Below are positions 14,526 through 22,316 of a stretch of 33,955 nt of DNA, one piece after another. The notes beneath the pieces were generated by a model. It saw nothing but the letters and a program-made list of their open reading frames with translations. It was not told the origin of the DNA and did not search any database. A program made the translations under genes and the position numbers. This DNA is from an uncultured Candidatus Saccharibacteria bacterium (GTDB taxonomy: Bacteria; Patescibacteriota; Minisyncoccia; Minisyncoccales; PEYH01): assembly GCA_964395215.1 (NCBI GenBank), contig CAYNAD010000003.1, positions 1 to 33,955 on the forward strand, given 5' to 3'. Positions within the stretch are counted from its first letter, which is position 1. Each line of letters starts with the position of its first letter.

Positions 14526-15089
14526 ATGTTAGCTATACGACTTTTAAGAATAGGTAGAAAACACCAGCCGTCTTACAAAATAGTGGTGATAGATAATAAA
14601 CGAGCACCTAAGAGCGGTAAATTCATTGAACAGCTTGGTTTTTATAATCCTTTGACTAAAGAAAAATCCGTGAATAAAGAAAGGGTAGAGTACTGGTTGT
14701 CAGTTGGCGCACAAGCCTCTGATACAGTTCATAATTTACTCGTTACTGAAGGTATTATTGAAGCCAAGAAAAGAGCTGTGCATTCTAGGAAGAGGAAGGA
14801 AAAAGAAGAAGAGAGTCCAGCGGAAAAACCAACAGAGGGAAAGGTATCACAAGAGGAAGTTAAAAAAGAGGCAGTAGAAACTCCGAAGGAAGCCCCAAAA
14901 GAGGATGTGAAGGAAGAAACAAAGGAGGAAATAAAAGAAGAAAGCAAAGAAGAAAAGCCGGTTAAAGTTAAAGAAGAAAAGCCAGTTGAAATTAAAGAAG
15001 AGAAAAAGGAGGAGTCAAAAAAAGAGCCGGAGCCGAAAAAGGAAAAGAAGGGAGAAGCTAAAAGGGACGTCGAGAAAGAAAGCAAGTAA
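14526..15089 (+). CDS. rpsP: 30S ribosomal protein S16 with ~100-aa Lys/Glu-rich C-terminal tail
   Basis: The N-terminus MLAIRLLRIGRKHQPSYKIVVIDNKRAPKSGKFIEQLGFYNP is canonical S16. From about residue 85 the protein is K/E/P low-complexity, including a 24-nt tandem repeat. Confidence 0.95.
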   Translation: MLAIRLLRIGRKHQPSYKIVVIDNKRAPKSGKFIEQLGFYNPLTKEKSVNKERVEYWLSVGAQASDTVHNLLVTEGIIEAKKRAVHSRKRKEKEEESPAEKPTEGKVSQEEVKKEAVETPKEAPKEDVKEETKEEIKEESKEEKPVKVKEEKPVEIKEEKKEESKKEPEPKKEKKGEAKRDVEKESK

Positions 15090-15168
15090 ACTTGACATCT
15101 TCTTTAAAAAAGATAAAATATGAGTAATTGAATGAAAGGTCGCTGAATAACTAATTATTGTAAAAGAT

Positions 15169-15498
15169 ATGGCTGATGAGAATATAGAGAAAGCTTTTCT
15201 GGATTATGTGGTTAAGACATTGGTTGACCACCCAGATGATGTAAAAATTGAGAGAACGGTTGATGAAATGGGTGTTTTACTTACTTTAAACTTACATAAA
15301 GAAGATATGGGTCAGATTATCGGAAGAGAAGGCTCAACTGTCAGAGCTATAAGAACTCTACTTCGTATTATTGGTTTGAAGAATCACGCTCGCGTCAACT
15401 TGAAGATTGAAGAACCAGAAGGTGGAACAGGTGGTATTAAGCCCGCCCCATCTCCAAGTGAAGAACCAGAAGGAAAGCTTGAAGATTTAAAACTTTAA
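15169..15498 (+). CDS. KH-domain RNA-binding protein (UPF0109/YlqC-KhpA family)
   Basis: 109-aa ORF in the conserved position after rpsP. It has a KH core with the GxxG loop (MGQIIGREGSTVRAIRTLLRI) and a P/E/G-rich C-terminal tail. Confidence 0.9.
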   Translation: MADENIEKAFLDYVVKTLVDHPDDVKIERTVDEMGVLLTLNLHKEDMGQIIGREGSTVRAIRTLLRIIGLKNHARVNLKIEEPEGGTGGIKPAPSPSEEPEGKLEDLKL

Positions 15499-15518
15499 GT
15501 TATTTCAAAAAACAAAAA

Positions 15519-15550
15519 GCCGTGCTATTCTTATAATGGTACGGTTTTTT
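15519..15550 (+). terminator. Intrinsic terminator after the KH-domain gene
   Basis: GCCGTGC-(13-nt loop)-GTACGGT is a 7-bp stem including two G-U pairs. It runs straight into tttttt (15545-15550). Confidence 0.7.
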
Positions 15551-15654
15551 GGTTTATTGTTTTTCAACGAAGTTGGTTTTGTTCGTCAACGATTTGCTCA
15601 AATATCTTATTTTAAAATGATGCAGTCGATTTCTTCATTTACATAATAATTATC

Positions 15655-15800
15655 GCTCCGCAACAAGGCCTCAGGTCACTGGCTGTCCAAATCTCCAGCG
15701 TGATTTGTCAGCCTGCGTCCCTCAACCTGTTTGCCCCTCGCTTCACTCGGGGACCATGCCAAACAGGCCTGCGGGAGCTGTCCTGAAACCTTATTGCTTC
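15655..15800. ncRNA. Candidate structured non-coding RNA (unclassified) in the slot where rimM is expected
   Basis: A GC-rich island in an AT-rich spacer, with no ORF of 60 aa or more. On paper it folds into a rod:
- 15660-15675 pairs with 15782-15797 (13 of 16 positions).
- CAGC 15709-15712 pairs with GCTG 15777-15780.
- TCCC 15718-15721 pairs with GGGA 15773-15776.
- CCTGTTTG 15726-15733 pairs with CAAACAGG 15760-15767.
- An apical CCCC 15734-15737 / GGGG 15749-15752 stem closes it.
Class and strand are undetermined. Confidence 0.4.
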
Positions 15801-15876
15801 GCTTAATTATTTAGCAATGCGTCTCGGCCGAGTCGCGTGAGTATTCATAATTCATAAAGATTCGTAATTCGTAAAT

Positions 15877-16527
15877 ATGCTTCAATTTGACATTATCACA
15901 ATTTTTCCAGAGATTTTTGATTCTTATTTTAAAGAGAGTATTTTGAAGCGGGCGCAGAAAAAGAAAATAATAAAAATTAAAGTTCATAATTTAAGAAAAT
16001 TTACTAAAGATAAGCACAGAACAGTTGACGATAAACCATATGGTGGAGGAGCAGGTATGATTTTCAAGGTTGATGTTATTTTTAGGGCAGTAAAAAAGAT
16101 TTTGAAAACAAATAAAAAAACAAGAGTTATTTTGTTTTCCGCAAAAGGTAAAAAATTTGACCAAAAAAAAGCTGAAAAGTTAAAGAAATATGAGCAAATA
16201 GTCTTGATTTGCGGTAGATATGAGGGGGTAGATGAAAGGGTGGCTAAACATATCGCAGATGAAGAACTTTCAATAGGGGACTATGTTTTAACTGGCGGGG
16301 AAATCCCAGCCATGGTTGTTATAGATGCTGTGAGTCGTTTAATTCCTGGGGTGATTAAGAAAGAGTCGCTAAGAGAAGAAAGTTTTTCAGGACTTAAAAA
16401 GGAATATCCACAATATACAAGACCAGAGAAATTTAGAACATGGAAAGTTCCTGAAATTTTAATTTCAGGACATCACAAAAGAATAGAGGAATGGAAGAGA
16501 AAAAATAGTAAAAGTATTGAAAAATAA
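15877..16527 (+). CDS. trmD: tRNA (guanine37-N1)-methyltransferase
   Basis: 216-aa ORF containing [63 protein letters not shown]. Confidence 0.95.
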   Translation: MLQFDIITIFPEIFDSYFKESILKRAQKKKIIKIKVHNLRKFTKDKHRTVDDKPYGGGAGMIFKVDVIFRAVKKILKTNKKTRVILFSAKGKKFDQKKAEKLKKYEQIVLICGRYEGVDERVAKHIADEELSIGDYVLTGGEIPAMVVIDAVSRLIPGVIKKESLREESFSGLKKEYPQYTRPEKFRTWKVPEILISGHHKRIEEWKRKNSKSIEK

Positions 16528-16605
16528 AGTAATTTTTGTTAAGATTGATATTAATCAATGATTAACCAGTCCGAGTTGGGCAAGTGATCAATGATTTGTA
16601 TTTGT

Positions 16606-16688
16606 GGGTAGGTGCTAGAGTGGTTAAATAGGTCAGACTGTAAATCTGATGCCTTCGGGCTACGGGGGTTCAAATCCCTCCCTGCCCA
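16606..16688 (+). tRNA. tRNA-Tyr (anticodon GTA), long variable arm
   Basis: Manual cloverleaf:
- Acceptor GGGTAGG/CCTGCCC (one G-U).
- D arm CTA-GAGTGGTTAAA-TAG.
- Anticodon arm TCAGA-CTGTAAA-TCTGA.
- Variable stem-loop GCC-TTCG-GGC.
- T arm GGGGG-TTCAAAT-CCCTC.
- Discriminator A.
No CCA is encoded. Confidence 0.9.
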
Positions 16689-16732
16689 CAAACGTCAAGG
16701 TGGTTTAATCGGACAAACACTTAACGCTTTGA

Positions 16733-16804
16733 GCCGAAGTAGTTCAGTGGTAGAACGCTTTCTTGGTAAGAAAGAGGTCATGGGTTCGATTCCCATCTTC
16801 GGCT
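16733..16804 (+). tRNA. tRNA-Thr (anticodon GGT)
   Basis: Manual cloverleaf:
- Acceptor GCCGAAG/CTTCGGC.
- D arm GTTC-AGTGGTA-GAAC.
- Anticodon arm CTTTC-TTGGTAA-GAAAG.
- T arm ATGGG-TTCGATT-CCCAT.
- Discriminator T. Confidence 0.9.
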
Positions 16805-16822
16805 TATAATTAATAAATAAAT

Positions 16823-16993
16823 ATGGCAAAGAAAAAGAAAAATTTTATAAAGTTGAAATGTGAGCAATGTAAATCAATTAATTATATTGTTCATAAATCA
16901 CACAATGCCACAACTGCTGGTATTGTATTGGAATTAAAAAAGCATTGCCCAAAGTGTAAAAAGCATACTTTGCATAAAGAAACAAAGAGATAG
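16823..16993 (+). CDS. rpmG: 50S ribosomal protein L33
   Basis: Not in the ORF track (56 aa). Manual translation gives [56 protein letters not shown], with the CxxC...CxxC zinc ribbon and L33 C-terminus. The length of 171 nt fits the reading frame, and the stop is TAG 16991-16993. Confidence 0.9.
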   Translation: MAKKKKNFIKLKCEQCKSINYIVHKSHNATTAGIVLELKKHCPKCKKHTLHKETKR

Positions 16994-17068
16994 GCCTGTA
17001 GCTCAATTTGGCAGAGCATCGGTCTCCAAAACCGAGGGTTCCGTGTTCGAGTCACGGCGGGCCTGCCA
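16992..17068 (+). tRNA. tRNA-Trp (anticodon CCA), CCA end encoded
   Basis: Manual cloverleaf:
- Acceptor AGGCCTG/CGGGCCT (one G-U).
- D arm GCTC-AATTTGGCA-GAGC.
- Anticodon arm TCGGT-CTCCAAA-ACCGA.
- T arm CCGTG-TTCGAGT-CACGG.
- Discriminator G, then CCA.
The first two nt are the AG of the rpmG stop codon. Confidence 0.9.
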
Positions 17069-17092
17069 AAAATTAGTAATAAATAAAAAACT

Positions 17093-18706
17093 ATGAAATT
17101 TCATTTTTCTAAAAAACTTGTTATTGTTTTTGTAATAATAATCGTTGCTATAGTTATTTTTTTTATTGTAAAAACAACCAATAAGAATAATGATTATGAC
17201 TTATTTACAGTTCAGAGAGGAAATGTGCGTCAGGAAATTAGTGAAACAGGCACGGTCAAGAAAGGTGAACAAATTGACTTGAGTTTCAAAACAAGCGGAA
17301 GAATTGAAAAACTTTATATCCAAAAAGGAGAAGAAGTTATTAAAAATGGTTTACTTGCTAAAATTGATAATACAACGATTCTTTATCAGCTTCAGCAGAC
17401 GAAGGCAAATCTAAGTTTAGCAGAGGCTGAATTGAGTAAATTATTGGCCGGAGCAAGTAATGAAGAAATTCAGGTTGCCCAGACACAAGTAGAAAATGCG
17501 CAAAATACATTAGAAAGCAAGCAGGAGGGTTTAGAGAACATAGAAGCAGACGCAGGCCAGGACTTAGCAGAAGCATATGAGGATGCCTACAACACAATGG
17601 ATGACGCTTATCTGGATCTATACAATGCTTTTGTTGTTATTGATTCTATCCAGAGAACATATTTTATTGCTAATGATCAGGATTCAGTTGATATTCAACA
17701 GCGAAGAAGCCAAATAAATTCAGCGCTGGAAGAAATGGATAGCTATTTAAATTTACTTGAACAAGCTTTAGTTTATGGCGACGTTGATGTTGCGTTAGAA
17801 GTTTTTGAAAATTATTTATCAGATGCAAAGAATCATTTATCAGTAATCAAAAATATTACTGAAAAGCCTATTTGGCGCAATCAGATTTCTTCTACTGACA
17901 AAACTTCTCTTGATACCAATAGGAGTAATGTCATTTCTGTTTTTGCAAATGTGGTAAATGCTAAACAAACCATATCCTCAACTAAGATTATTAACCAAAC
18001 CAATATTAGCACTGCAGAAAATACTGTTTTGACTGCAGAGGATAGTTTGATAACGGCAAAAAATAATCTGGAATTGGTAACTGCCGGCCCGAGAAAAGAA
18101 GATATTCAGCTTTACCAGGCAAAAGTTGATAGCGCAAAAGCAGATGTCAGGCGCTTAGAACAGGGTTTGGCTGATACTAATTTAAGAAGTCCGATTGACG
18201 GCCAGACAATAGATATTCATAAATTTACAGGTGAAGTAGTTCAGGCTACTACTCCTGTTATCACAATCTTGCCCAGTCATGAATTGGACATAGAGGTGGA
18301 TATTTACGAAGAAGATATCGTTAATATGGAGATAGGAAATAAGGTAGAGATATCTTTGGTCGCTTTTCCCGATAGGGATTTCGTTGGTCAAGTGATATTT
18401 ATTGACCCAGCGGAAAAACTGCTTGATTCAGTAGTTTATTACGAAACAAAAATTTCTTTTGAAAGTGTACCGGATAAAATAAAAACGGGAATGACAGCTG
18501 ATGTTTTGATTATTACTGACGCTGTAGAAGATGTTTTATTGGTTTCCGATGATGCTGTCTACAAAGACGGAGATAGGACAATGGTTAGGGTATATAAGGA
18601 TAAACAGGTTGAAGAGAGAGAAGTTACTTTAGGCCTTGAGGGCAGTGATAATATGATTGAAATTATTTCTGGACTTGAAATGGATGAGCAGGTAATCATT
18701 GATTAA
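17093..18706 (+). CDS. HlyD/MacA-family membrane-fusion (periplasmic adaptor) protein with an unusually long coiled-coil
   Basis: 537-aa ORF with N-terminal TM segment LVIVFVIIIVAIVIFFIV. Lipoyl-like halves are GTVKKGEQIDLSFKTSGRIEKLYIQKGEEVIKNGLLAKID and SPIDGQTIDIHKFTGEVV. About 250 aa of heptad-like sequence separates them. It sits directly upstream of the ABC ATPase and permease. Confidence 0.85.
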   Translation: MKFHFSKKLVIVFVIIIVAIVIFFIVKTTNKNNDYDLFTVQRGNVRQEISETGTVKKGEQIDLSFKTSGRIEKLYIQKGEEVIKNGLLAKIDNTTILYQLQQTKANLSLAEAELSKLLAGASNEEIQVAQTQVENAQNTLESKQEGLENIEADAGQDLAEAYEDAYNTMDDAYLDLYNAFVVIDSIQRTYFIANDQDSVDIQQRRSQINSALEEMDSYLNLLEQALVYGDVDVALEVFENYLSDAKNHLSVIKNITEKPIWRNQISSTDKTSLDTNRSNVISVFANVVNAKQTISSTKIINQTNISTAENTVLTAEDSLITAKNNLELVTAGPRKEDIQLYQAKVDSAKADVRRLEQGLADTNLRSPIDGQTIDIHKFTGEVVQATTPVITILPSHELDIEVDIYEEDIVNMEIGNKVEISLVAFPDRDFVGQVIFIDPAEKLLDSVVYYETKISFESVPDKIKTGMTADVLIITDAVEDVLLVSDDAVYKDGDRTMVRVYKDKQVEEREVTLGLEGSDNMIEIISGLEMDEQVIID

Positions 18707-18720
18707 GAATTATTTCTTCT

Positions 18721-19437
18721 ATGGAAAACAAGTCTATTATTCGCTTACAAGATATTTGGAAGGTCTATCAGTTAGGAAGTGTTAATGTGTCAGCCCTGCG
18801 GGGCGTTAATCTGGAGGTAGATCCAGGTTCTTTTGTTACTATTATGGGGCCGAGTGGTTCTGGAAAGTCAACGCTTTTAAATATGATTGGCTGTCTTGAT
18901 GTTCCAAGTAAAGGGAAAATTTTTCTTGATGAAGAAGATACGAGTACTTTTTCTGAAAGCAAGTTAGCACAAGTTAGGGGAGCTAAAATAGGCTTTATTT
19001 TTCAGCAATTCAATCTTTTACACAACTTGAATGCTTTAGAAAATGTTATGCTTCCTATGGTTTTTCAAGGTGTTTTACAGGAAAAAAGGAAGAGCAGAGC
19101 GGAGCATTTGCTGAAATTAGTAGGATTAGAACAAAGAGGAAGTCATTTGCCTGCGGAGCTATCAGGTGGGGAAAGGCAAAGAGTGGCAATTGCCCGGGCT
19201 TTTGCCAATGAGCCAAAGTTAGTCATTGCAGATGAGCCAACCGGTAATCTTGATTCTCATTCTGGGGAAAAAATAATGGATATGCTTTCTACATTTCATA
19301 AAGAAGAAAAAGGGACATTAGTAGTTGTGACTCATGATCCAATGATAGCAAAATACAGTGAACAGGTTGTTAATATTAAGGATGGCCAAATTATTAAAAA
19401 TCATTCACAAGCAGGTGAATCTTTATGGCAGAAGTAA
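18721..19437 (+). CDS. ABC transporter ATP-binding protein (MacB/LolD/FtsE-like)
   Basis: Walker [11 protein letters not shown]-loop FIFQQFNL, signature [14 protein letters not shown], Walker [14 protein letters not shown]-loop VVVTHD. Confidence 0.95.
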   Translation: MENKSIIRLQDIWKVYQLGSVNVSALRGVNLEVDPGSFVTIMGPSGSGKSTLLNMIGCLDVPSKGKIFLDEEDTSTFSESKLAQVRGAKIGFIFQQFNLLHNLNALENVMLPMVFQGVLQEKRKSRAEHLLKLVGLEQRGSHLPAELSGGERQRVAIARAFANEPKLVIADEPTGNLDSHSGEKIMDMLSTFHKEEKGTLVVVTHDPMIAKYSEQVVNIKDGQIIKNHSQAGESLWQK

Positions 19438-20654
19438 GGGAATATTTTAAAATAGGGATAAGAAATATTAGAACAAGGCAACTGAGAAGTTGGCTCACGA
19501 TTTTAGGTATTGTGGTAGGAGTTTTCTTGGTTGTTACTTTGATATCTTTAAGTAGCGGATTGAAGAATTCCATTATGAAACAGTTGAATGCTCTTGGCGG
19601 TGATATAATAATGGTTATGCCAGGTTCTTTAGATAATTTAATGATGACTATGGCTGGTGGTCAGAAGCTAAGCAAAGAAGATATTCAAGCAGTAAAAGAT
19701 ATAAGAAATGTAGATGTTGCCTTACCTACAGATCAAAAATCTGAATTTATTAGATTTAATAATATTCAAAAATCTGTTTATCTAATAGGCATGCCGTGGG
19801 ATGATGGAAAAGATTTCTTGATTAATTTTCAAGGATGGGATTTGAGAGAGGGAACTTGGCCCACGCCTGGGAAAAGAGAATTAATAGCAGGTAGCGTAGT
19901 GGCTGATAAGGATTTTTTTGGACGAGGATTGAGCACAGGAGATACAGTTGTTGTTAATGGTAAAAAGTTTAAAGTAAAAGGAATCTTAAATTCAGTTGGT
20001 AGCCAACAGGACGATATGGCTATTTATGTTGATTGGCCTGTTTATCAAGAAACTACAGGAGACCGTTCTGGCGATGCTTTTGCTATCATGGTAAAGGCTA
20101 AAGATGGTGTTCTTCCTGACGATTTGGCAGTAGAGATAGAAGATGCCTTAAACGAGATAAGAAAAAGAAGGAGAGGAACAGATGTTTCAGATTTTTCTGT
20201 TGTGACTTCGGAAAAAATGGGTTCAATAGCCGGAGGAATTACTGGTGCTATTCAGGTTGCAGTTTTTCTTTTTGCTGCTATTTCTATCTTTGTCGGTGGC
20301 TTGAATATTATGAATGCCATGTATACGGCTGTGAGGGAGAGAACAAGGGAGATAGGGGTAATGAAAGCTGTCGGAGCCACCAATAGGGCGGTAATTAATA
20401 TCTTTTTAATAGAATCAGGCATTATCGGTTTAGTCGGAGGTACTGGCGGAGTAATTTTCGGCTTGATCGTTGCTAAACTTGTAGAATATTATGCAAAAGG
20501 GGACTCTGCTTTTGGTTTAGAAGCATATATTTCGCCTCAACTAATTATTTTTGGATTATTGTTTTCATTTTTAATCGGTTGTATTGCTGGTTATCTTCCA
20601 TCAAGGCGGGCTGCCAAACTCAAACCCACAGAGGCGTTAAGAAGTTATGAATAA
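19425..20654 (+). CDS. ABC transporter permease, MacB/FtsX family
   Basis: 409-aa ORF overlapping the ATPase gene by 13 nt. It has TM1, a ~230-aa extracytoplasmic domain, and three C-terminal TM segments with the FtsX-type motif VRERTREIGVMKAVGATNRAVINIFLIESGIIGLVGG. Confidence 0.9.
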   Translation: MAEVREYFKIGIRNIRTRQLRSWLTILGIVVGVFLVVTLISLSSGLKNSIMKQLNALGGDIIMVMPGSLDNLMMTMAGGQKLSKEDIQAVKDIRNVDVALPTDQKSEFIRFNNIQKSVYLIGMPWDDGKDFLINFQGWDLREGTWPTPGKRELIAGSVVADKDFFGRGLSTGDTVVVNGKKFKVKGILNSVGSQQDDMAIYVDWPVYQETTGDRSGDAFAIMVKAKDGVLPDDLAVEIEDALNEIRKRRRGTDVSDFSVVTSEKMGSIAGGITGAIQVAVFLFAAISIFVGGLNIMNAMYTAVRERTREIGVMKAVGATNRAVINIFLIESGIIGLVGGTGGVIFGLIVAKLVEYYAKGDSAFGLEAYISPQLIIFGLLFSFLIGCIAGYLPSRRAAKLKPTEALRSYE

Positions 20655-20719
20655 TATTCGCTCAATTACTTGATGTATTTTAAAATAAGATATTTTCGCT
20701 CACTTGTACACATACATTT

Positions 20720-21331
20720 ATGAATTTAATTAAAGAATTAGTTAAAAATGGCTGGCTTAAGAGCGTAGAAATTATCAGGGCTTTTGAAAGCGTTCAGAGA
20801 AAGGATTTTGTGATTGATAAAAGTTTAGCTGATGTTGATTCTGCCTTGCCCATTGGTTATGACCAGACAATTTCCCAACCCTTAGTTGTGGCTTTTATGT
20901 TGGAAAAACTTGAGCCAAAGGCAGGTGAAAAGATTTTAGATGTTGGATCTGGTTCTGGCTGGACTACTGCTTTGCTATCCCATATAGTAGGGCAGAAAGG
21001 GAGAGTTATTGGGTTGGAAATTATAAAAGGGTTAAAAGAGTTTGGAGAAAAAAATATTTCCAAGTATAATTTTATAAAACAAGGTATTACAGAGTTTCAT
21101 TTGACTGATGGACGAGAAGGTTGGAAGAAAGAAGCACCTTATGACAAAATTTTGTGCTCTGCTGAAGCCAAGGAACTGCCAAAAGAATTAAAAAAGCAAA
21201 TAAAAGTTGGAGGCAGAATCGTGATTCCAATTGAGAATTCAATTTGTGTTTTTGATAAAATATCAGACAAAGAGTTTTTGAAAAAATGCTATCCCGGATT
21301 CGTTTTTGTTCCATTAGTTAAAACAAAATAA
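20720..21331 (+). CDS. pcm: Protein-L-isoaspartate O-methyltransferase
   Basis: 203-aa ORF containing GYDQTISQPLVVAFMLEKL, the SAM motif ILDVGSGSGWTTALLSHIVG, and GRVIGLEI. Confidence 0.9.
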   Translation: MNLIKELVKNGWLKSVEIIRAFESVQRKDFVIDKSLADVDSALPIGYDQTISQPLVVAFMLEKLEPKAGEKILDVGSGSGWTTALLSHIVGQKGRVIGLEIIKGLKEFGEKNISKYNFIKQGITEFHLTDGREGWKKEAPYDKILCSAEAKELPKELKKQIKVGGRIVIPIENSICVFDKISDKEFLKKCYPGFVFVPLVKTK

Positions 21332-22273
21332 ATGTTAGCAAAAACTATACTAATTTTTATAATATCTTTTTTAGCCCTATTTTTTCTGGCGCGATTTCAG
21401 ATTTATGCTCCTCTTTCCATAAATAGCGAAGAGCAAATATTTAGGATTGAATCAGGAGACGGGCTTAGCAGGATAGCTTCTAATTTGGAAAGCCAAGGAT
21501 TTATTAGAGGCGATATTTTTTTTAATATCTATGTTTATTTGGAGGGCGAAGAATCAGCTCTTAAAGCAGGGGATTATCTGCTTTCCAGCTCTATGTCTAT
21601 AAAAGAAATTGCTGATAAGATTATTGGTGGAGAGGCAGAAGGACTGAAAATTACCATTATTGAAGGTTGGGATATAAAAGATATTGCAGAATATCTTTTA
21701 GGTCTTAATATATGTTCAGAAGAAGAGTTTCTGCGAGTCGCAGAGGGCAATGAGGGCTATTTATTTCCAGACACTTATAGGATAACAAGCACTGCCTCAC
21801 CATCTGATTTAGTCGGAATGATGAGGGATAATTTTGACAAAAAATTAACCTCGGATTTAAGAGCTGAAATTGAGAAGCAGGGCAAAACAGTTTTTGAAAT
21901 AATAACAATGGCTTCCATTATAGAAAAAGAGGTTATAACCTTAGAAGATAAAAAATTGGTGTCAGGTATCCTTTGGAAAAGAATTAAAATAGGCATGCCC
22001 CTACAGTCATGCGCTACTATTGCTTATATTACTCGCAAAAACTCAACCAAGATTTCAGTAGAAGAAACCCAGATTGATTCGCCATATAACACATATAAAT
22101 ATACAGGCCTGCCCATAGGTCCGATTTGCAATCCGTCTTTGGATAGCATTATAGCAGCTATTTATCCAGAGGACTCAAATTATCTTTATTATCTCTCAAC
22201 CCCAGAAAGGGAGACCATATTTAGCAGAACCTTTGAAGAACACAATATCGCCAAAGCAAAATATTTAAAATAA
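21332..22273 (+). CDS. mltG: Endolytic murein transglycosylase MltG (YceG-like)
   Basis: 313-aa ORF whose start abuts the pcm stop. It has an N-terminal TM segment, a LysM-like region FRIESGDGLSRIASNLE, ITIIEGW, EGYLFPDTY, and MASIIEKEV (catalytic Glu region). Confidence 0.9.
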   Translation: MLAKTILIFIISFLALFFLARFQIYAPLSINSEEQIFRIESGDGLSRIASNLESQGFIRGDIFFNIYVYLEGEESALKAGDYLLSSSMSIKEIADKIIGGEAEGLKITIIEGWDIKDIAEYLLGLNICSEEEFLRVAEGNEGYLFPDTYRITSTASPSDLVGMMRDNFDKKLTSDLRAEIEKQGKTVFEIITMASIIEKEVITLEDKKLVSGILWKRIKIGMPLQSCATIAYITRKNSTKISVEETQIDSPYNTYKYTGLPIGPICNPSLDSIIAAIYPEDSNYLYYLSTPERETIFSRTFEEHNIAKAKYLK

Positions 22274-22316
22274 TAGGTTTTTATGGTAAAATTTACTAAT
22301 TCTTAACAATAACAAT

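Noticed and set aside
14729-15085. Minus-strand 118-aa ORF antisense to the S16 tail, and the minus-strand 187-aa ORF 32377..32940 antisense to rplL
   Set aside because: These are mirror ORFs generated by GAA/AAG-rich coding sequence, giving Ser/Phe/Leu-rich products. The sense strands encode clearly recognisable ribosomal proteins.
15655-15800. Assigning the GC-rich rod to SRP RNA or 6S RNA outright
   Set aside because: The architecture is compatible: a rod with a 5'-heavy asymmetric loop and CUGUUU/GGUCC strings on the minus strand. However, I cannot find the invariant GNRA tetraloop or the GGAAGCAGCC strand of SRP helix 8, and 6S cannot be recognised by eye. It is therefore reported as unclassified.
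16612-16809. Plus-strand ORF of 65 aa
   Set aside because: It is composed of tRNA-Tyr, the spacer and tRNA-Thr sequence. The cloverleaf structures explain the region.
13746-17092. Weak candidate regulatory signals in the 13.7-17.1 kb housekeeping region: an rnc autoregulatory stem-loop in the 72-nt nusB-rnc spacer (13746-13817), and sigma-70 promoter calls upstream of the tRNAs and other genes
   Set aside because: Only weak, short pairings were found in the nusB-rnc spacer, including the GCAATTGC palindrome. -10/-35-like hexamers are abundant by chance in AT-rich DNA. Only the rplJ promoter had a near-consensus pair at proper spacing.
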